From NCBI GenBank assembly GCA_965205025.1, contig CBDBFU010000002.1, positions 192,001 to 256,000 of the forward strand: a stretch of DNA of 64,000 nt, read 5' to 3'. A program made the translations under genes and the position numbers. Below are positions 58,657 through 64,000 of this stretch, piece by piece. How positions within the stretch are numbered: the stretch's first letter is position 1; every line of letters begins with the position of its first letter. The notes below the pieces were generated by a model. That model worked only from the letters and a program-made list of their open reading frames with translations. It had not been told where the DNA came from and made no database searches. The DNA is from Candidatus Poribacteria bacterium. Its GTDB lineage: Bacteria > Poribacteria > WGA-4E > WGA-3G.

Positions 58657-60714
58657 CTATTTGTTATCTTTTGCAACATCTGGATCTAATTCCTTCGCCT
58701 TCTCAAAATCTGCTTTTGCTGCATCCTGTTGTCCCAGAGCTTCTTTTGCAAGTGCCCGGTCAAAGTAGGGTTTGGCATACTTGGGGTCAAGTTGGATGGC
58801 TATATCAAAATCTTCAATAGCGCCGATAACATCATCCATAGCTGCTTTCACTGCTCCGCGAGTGTGGTAGAAGACAGCATTCTCAGGATCAAGTTCAATG
58901 GCTTCGTTGCTGTCAATTATTGCTGTCTGGTATAACGCTTGGACTACCTCCGTATTCCCCGTTTTGGCATTAGATTTCGCTAAGAGATGGTTCACCCATG
59001 CGCGATTGTTATAAGCACTACTATACTCTGGGTTTCGTTTAATAGCTTGCGTAGAGTCTGCAATTGATGCTTCATAAAACTGCAGCGCTTCTGCTGCATT
59101 ACCTTGGTCTGCCTTGAGGGTGCCCATTTCGGATTGGACATGCCCTCGACTGTGGTAGATTTCAACTTTCTCTGGGGCTATTTTGATAGCAGCAGTACAG
59201 TCTTCAATTGCTGCTTGATACAAATCTACTGCCCTCTCCACATTTCCTTTGGCGGCTTCGGAGGTGCCAAGGTTAGTTCGTAGAATAACCCGATTTCTGA
59301 ATGCGGATGTCCCTTTAGGGTTTAGTTTTATGACTTTTTCATAATCTGCTATTGCGCCTTCAACATCTCCGAGCCAGGACTTCGCAACACCACGGTTATT
59401 GTAAAAATTGGCATATTTAGGCCATAGTTTTATGGCTTTGTCATAATCGTTTATTGCGTCTTCATAGTTGCCAAGTTCAACTTTCGCAAGCCCTCTATTA
59501 TTGTAAAGACCTGCATCTTTAGGATTTAGTTCTATGGCTTTATCATAGTCGGCTATAGCTGCCTCATAATTTTCACGGGAAGCATACGCTCGCGCTCTAT
59601 TGAAATAGACCCTCTCCATCTCTGGGTTAAGTGCTAAGGCTTTGTCGTAATCAGCTATCGCACCTTCAAGATCGCCAAGTTCAACCTTTGCGAGACCACG
59701 ATTACAGTAAGCACCAAAGGCATCAGCATCAAGTTGGATAGCTCTATCGTAATCTGTTATTGCACCTTCAATATCACCGAGCTTAACTTTTGCGAGACCA
59801 CGATTATTGTAGGCGGGAAAGTCATCAGCATCGAGTTGGATAAGTTTATCATAATCTTCTATTGCGCCTTCAAAATCGCCAAGTTCAGCCTTCGCCAACC
59901 CTCGATTACAGTAAGCAGCCAAGTGATCAGAGTTAAGTTGGATAACTTTATTGTAATCTTCTATTGCACCTTCAACATCACCAAGTTTATTTTTCACGCC
60001 TCCTCGTTCGAAATAGGAATTCCTGAACTCAGGATTAAGTTTGATGGCTTTGTCAAAGTCAACTATCGCTCTGCGATAACGTTTCTTACTGTAATTCCAT
60101 ATTCCTTGAACATATTTTGCATAGGAACGGACAGATTTTCGCTTACGCCACTTTACCAAAGGCTCCGCTGGATCTAACCGATCAAGCAGGACTTTGAGCG
60201 GGTTTGAAGGAATGGCATGACCGTAAAAATCGCATGAACCAACAACAATTCCGATAACCTGTCTTTTATCATTTAGCACAGGACTGCCACTACTTCCATA
60301 AGATGTGTTGACGTTCATTCGAATCAATTTGTCACTTTCTCGGATGTTATGGACAGTGCCTTCTGTCACCTTATATTTACTGTTGGGAAATCCTACGACA
60401 GAAATAGGTTCACTACTCTGTACAATATCACTGTTGCCGCTTGGAAGTGGCGTGCCCTCCCCTACAACTTTTAGAACGACGAGATCGTTTTTAGCATCAA
60501 ATGCAGCAACCCCTTCAACTTGCCAAGTCGTCTTTTTGTCAACTGATTTTACGAAAACAGGTCTCCGAGGTGCGATGCCATGGATATTGGTCACAATCAT
60601 GTTTGGTTTTACGAAAAATCCGCTCCCGCTCCCGCCGAATGAAGGGATACGCGTCGTCTCTATACAGACTATGGAATTACTATTTTTTAGGTTTGTTAAG
60701 CCTTCTGTAGACAT
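58657..60714 (-). CDS. Trypsin-like serine protease domain fused to TPR repeats
   Basis: GSGSGFFV..TNIH, DLVVLKV, GSSGSPV triad; repeated AY.NRG.AK..LGD.EGAI.DY. Start 60714 after a GAGGAG RBS. Confidence 0.9.
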   Translation of the reverse strand: MSTEGLTNLKNSNSIVCIETTRIPSFGGSGSGFFVKPNMIVTNIHGIAPRRPVFVKSVDKKTTWQVEGVAAFDAKNDLVVLKVVGEGTPLPSGNSDIVQSSEPISVVGFPNSKYKVTEGTVHNIRESDKLIRMNVNTSYGSSGSPVLNDKRQVIGIVVGSCDFYGHAIPSNPLKVLLDRLDPAEPLVKWRKRKSVRSYAKYVQGIWNYSKKRYRRAIVDFDKAIKLNPEFRNSYFERGGVKNKLGDVEGAIEDYNKVIQLNSDHLAAYCNRGLAKAELGDFEGAIEDYDKLIQLDADDFPAYNNRGLAKVKLGDIEGAITDYDRAIQLDADAFGAYCNRGLAKVELGDLEGAIADYDKALALNPEMERVYFNRARAYASRENYEAAIADYDKAIELNPKDAGLYNNRGLAKVELGNYEDAINDYDKAIKLWPKYANFYNNRGVAKSWLGDVEGAIADYEKVIKLNPKGTSAFRNRVILRTNLGTSEAAKGNVERAVDLYQAAIEDCTAAIKIAPEKVEIYHSRGHVQSEMGTLKADQGNAAEALQFYEASIADSTQAIKRNPEYSSAYNNRAWVNHLLAKSNAKTGNTEVVQALYQTAIIDSNEAIELDPENAVFYHTRGAVKAAMDDVIGAIEDFDIAIQLDPKYAKPYFDRALAKEALGQQDAAKADFEKAKELDPDVAKDNK

Positions 60715-60826
60715 AATACTCCTCTCTAATATTATGGAAATATCCATACAGGTTAAGGTGGTGTGGGACTTTGGGGCAACGACAAAAATTTGAGAAAGAA
60801 ATGGTAAGTGAAGGCTATAGCATTTA

Positions 60827-62650
60827 TCAAATAGCGAGGTCCCACAGCAGCACCGTTCCATCACCGCTACCACTTGCAAGTGTCTTACCATCAGGACTAA
60901 AGGTGACACCCGTTACATACGCCGTATGTCCAGTGAACATCTTCAATTGCTCACTTGTCCTAAAATCCCAGAGACGAATAGTCTTGTCTTCACTTCCACT
61001 CGCCAGTGTTTTTCCATCCGGACTAAAAGCAACACTCCAAACGACAGAAGCATGTCCCATGAGTCCCCTTAGTTGTTGACCTGTAGCAGCTTCCCGAAGA
61101 CGAATCGTGTTATCGCCACCGCCACTTGCGAGCATTGTCCCATCAGGACTGAAAACCACACTATACACATCGTTTGCGTGTCCTTCATACGTTTTCAAGT
61201 GTGTTCCTGTCGCAATATCCCAAAGACGGATAGTTTCGTCCTGGCTTCCACTCACCAGTGTTTTTCCATCCGGACTAAAAGCAATACTATTAACTAAAGA
61301 ATCATGCCCTACGAGTGTCTTGAGGTGTGCACCTGTATTAGCATCCCATAGACGGATTGTGTTATCCCAACTACCACTTGCAAACATTGTGCCATCAATA
61401 CTGTAAGCAAGACTCGCAATTTCTCTGTGATCGGAATCAGAGTCCGTATGTCCTTTGAACCTATTTTGCTCTTGCCCTATGGCAGTATCCCATAAACCGA
61501 TAGCACCATCGTAAAACCCACTTAGAAGCGTGTTTCCATCTGGACTGAAGGCGATGCTATGAACGTTATAGGTCAGTGGTGTTTTCTGAGGATTTCTTGT
61601 GTTCATATCCCATAGATGAATGCCGGCATAACTTCCAGCTGCAAGCGTTGCGCCATCACTGCTGAACGCGACACAATTCACGCCATTGATATATCCTGCG
61701 ATTGTCTTGAGGTGTCGTCCTGTATGAACATCCCACAGGTTAATGCCACTATAATTATCGCCACTTGCAAGGACTGTGCCGTCGCCACCGAATCCGACAA
61801 ACTCTGCACTCCCGCCAAGTGATTTTTGATGTTGTCCAGTGTTAGCATCCCATAGATTAATTTCGTTTCCCGCGCTCGCAAGCAGCGTGTTATCAGGACT
61901 AAATGCAATGCTAACCACACGGCCATGACCTGTAAGCGTTTTGAGCGTTTCACCTGTATTTGCATCCCATAGGGAGATGGTATCGTTCCAACTTCCAGCA
62001 ACCATTTTACCATCAGGACTGAATACAACGCAAACATCCCGACTTCCATTCCTATACGACATAAGAGTTTTTCGGTGTTCTCCAGTGTTAGCGTCCCATA
62101 GGTGGATATATAGATGGATAGTACTGCCTTGTTGACTCCTTCCACCGCTCGCGAGTGTAGTACCATCAGAACTGAAAGCAATTCGTACAACGTCTTCCAA
62201 ACACTCTATGTGTGCTTTAATGTGTTCTGAATCTATGTCCCAAAGACAAATTGTTTTGTCTGAACTGCCACTTCCAAGTGTCTTTCCATCAGGACTGAAT
62301 GCAAGACTTGTGACAGCATCCGTATGTCCTGTCAGGGTTTTCTGCTGCTGTCCTGTGGTTACATTCCAAAGATATATTGTCTTATCATCCGATCCACCGC
62401 CACTTGCCAGTATCCTACTATCCAGACTAAATGCAAGACTTGTAACAACATCCGTGTGTTCTGTGAGCAGCGCAATCTCTTGATAGGTTTTGGTGTCATA
62501 TACCCGAACACCAATACTACTCGCTACAGCAAGGATAGTATTATCAGGAGAAAACTGTATCTGATTGATGACGCCTTTTGCAAAACGCGCTATAGCACTT
62601 TTAGGTAATTGGCTTGGATTCATTATATTTTTTATGTGATTCATAGTCAT
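60827..62650 (-). CDS. WD40-repeat protein
   Basis: Multiple GH...V.S.AFSPDG..LASGS.D.TI.LWD repeats. Confidence 0.95.
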   Translation of the reverse strand: MTMNHIKNIMNPSQLPKSAIARFAKGVINQIQFSPDNTILAVASSIGVRVYDTKTYQEIALLTEHTDVVTSLAFSLDSRILASGGGSDDKTIYLWNVTTGQQQKTLTGHTDAVTSLAFSPDGKTLGSGSSDKTICLWDIDSEHIKAHIECLEDVVRIAFSSDGTTLASGGRSQQGSTIHLYIHLWDANTGEHRKTLMSYRNGSRDVCVVFSPDGKMVAGSWNDTISLWDANTGETLKTLTGHGRVVSIAFSPDNTLLASAGNEINLWDANTGQHQKSLGGSAEFVGFGGDGTVLASGDNYSGINLWDVHTGRHLKTIAGYINGVNCVAFSSDGATLAAGSYAGIHLWDMNTRNPQKTPLTYNVHSIAFSPDGNTLLSGFYDGAIGLWDTAIGQEQNRFKGHTDSDSDHREIASLAYSIDGTMFASGSWDNTIRLWDANTGAHLKTLVGHDSLVNSIAFSPDGKTLVSGSQDETIRLWDIATGTHLKTYEGHANDVYSVVFSPDGTMLASGGGDNTIRLREAATGQQLRGLMGHASVVWSVAFSPDGKTLASGSEDKTIRLWDFRTSEQLKMFTGHTAYVTGVTFSPDGKTLASGSGDGTVLLWDLAI

Positions 62651-62658
62651 CTCATCCC

Positions 62659-63999
62659 TTAGTTTTCCATGCCATTTCTACCGGTCTTACTTTTTGCTGA
62701 AATCTTCTCCCAGTCCCATAACAGCACCGTACCATCACTGCTGCTACTCGCGAGTGTCTTTCCATCATGTGAAAAAACCAAGGCATTGATATTGTCCGTA
62801 TGTCCAGATAGGCTCTTCAAATAGTTACCATTTGTATCCGAAAGCCTGATTCCAGATTCTCCACCTATAAATTGAGTGTCGATGAGTGTTTTTCCGTCGG
62901 GTGAGAATATCAGGACACCACCAATACCTTTATTCCTATGAATAATCCTATCTTGTTCTTGGATACCTGTAGGTGTCACGTTCCATAAAACGATACCTTT
63001 TGAATCACCGAGGGCAAGCATGGTATTGTCGGGTGAAAATGCCAACTTACTATGCTTCTCCATGTTAGGTGGTGTGAGTTCGCGCGGCGTCGTAATATCC
63101 CATACTTGTGTTTTCTGGAAAATCCCGTTAGTAGCAAGAAGTTGTCCATTAGGTGAGAACGTTAATTTCCCTTGGTGTGGTGATCCCGTGCTAAATCGGA
63201 ATACTTCGATGCCTGTGTTCCTGTGCCACCCAATAATACTTCCACTACGATTACTAATGCTGGCAACGAGAATATTGTTGTCAGGTGAGAATATGAGTGA
63301 ATTCGTGTGTCCAACATACTGCCAACGACCAAGTATTTCTTCGCCAGTGGCGACCTTCCATAATTGAAGAAGAGTGCTACTTTGGGAAGTGCTCTTGTAA
63401 CCACCGCTATGTGTCCTGAATGCAATAAAACCTTTACTGCCTTTTCTGGCAAAATAGGATGCATCTGATGAAAGTCCTGTGCCAGCAGTATAGTCACAGT
63501 GGCCATCAGTAAAGGAAACCAATTCATGGTTAGTTTTTAAATCCCATACACCCACAATACCGTTAAAGGCTACCGTTGACAGTTTTGTTCCGTCTTCAGA
63601 AAACGCAACGGATTTCACGGATTCTGTATGTCCGCTTGTAAAGGTGACGAGTTCTTCTCCATTTTTTAGATCCCAGAATCGTATTGTGCCATCGGAGCTA
63701 CCACTTGCAAGACATCCACTATAATGCGGTGCCATATCTGGTATAAATGTTAAAGCACAGATAGTGTTTTTATGCCCTAAAAGGGTAACACGTTCTCTGT
63801 GTGTATCTACATCCCAAAGTTTTATGGCTTTATTCGCATCGCCGCTGGCAAGTGTTTTTCCATCTGCTGAGAATGACACAGCAGTAACCCACCCTTTATG
63901 TCCTCTAAGGGTTGCGAGTTTGGTGCCTTTCTCTGTATCCCACAACTGCACTGTATTGTCTATACAGCCACTCGCTATGATTTTTCTGTCCGGCGAAAA
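62659..63999 (-). CDS. WD40-repeat protein (5' end beyond window)
   Basis: Frame stays open to the window edge (FSPDRKIIASGCIDNTVQLWD); GH...WD repeats. Confidence 0.92.
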   Translation of the reverse strand, partial: FSPDRKIIASGCIDNTVQLWDTEKGTKLATLRGHKGWVTAVSFSADGKTLASGDANKAIKLWDVDTHRERVTLLGHKNTICALTFIPDMAPHYSGCLASGSSDGTIRFWDLKNGEELVTFTSGHTESVKSVAFSEDGTKLSTVAFNGIVGVWDLKTNHELVSFTDGHCDYTAGTGLSSDASYFARKGSKGFIAFRTHSGGYKSTSQSSTLLQLWKVATGEEILGRWQYVGHTNSLIFSPDNNILVASISNRSGSIIGWHRNTGIEVFRFSTGSPHQGKLTFSPNGQLLATNGIFQKTQVWDITTPRELTPPNMEKHSKLAFSPDNTMLALGDSKGIVLWNVTPTGIQEQDRIIHRNKGIGGVLIFSPDGKTLIDTQFIGGESGIRLSDTNGNYLKSLSGHTDNINALVFSHDGKTLASSSSDGTVLLWDWEKISAKSKTGRNGMEN

Positions 64000-64000
64000 C

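Overview
A 64-kb, AT-rich, gene-dense bacterial chromosomal segment. The gene content points to Candidatus Poribacteria (inference only): many Gfo/Idh/MocA oxidoreductases, a sulfatase, PhyH, Uma2, WD40/TPR proteins, and a lamin-tail protein ending in LPVTLSSF...GKLxxxWAxxK. Core genes are a variant System I cytochrome c maturation operon (CxxxY CcmE) interrupted by korA-korB-korB', argG, tRNA(CAT)-tilS-hpt, tRNA-Leu(TAA) and tRNA-fMet. There is one complete IS element with 15-bp TIRs and a 6-bp TSD. Two observations stand out. (1) A secreted ~1050-aa protein has about 130 histidines, including nine 50-aa repeats that each carry four HxH dyads. (2) A 'Russian-doll' set of small non-coding mobile elements fills the intergenic spaces. 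It comprises two MITE families with demonstrable TSDs, several GTAG-type REP hairpins, and two elements that repeatedly insert at the apex of other elements' hairpins. No CRISPR array, DGR or prophage was seen.
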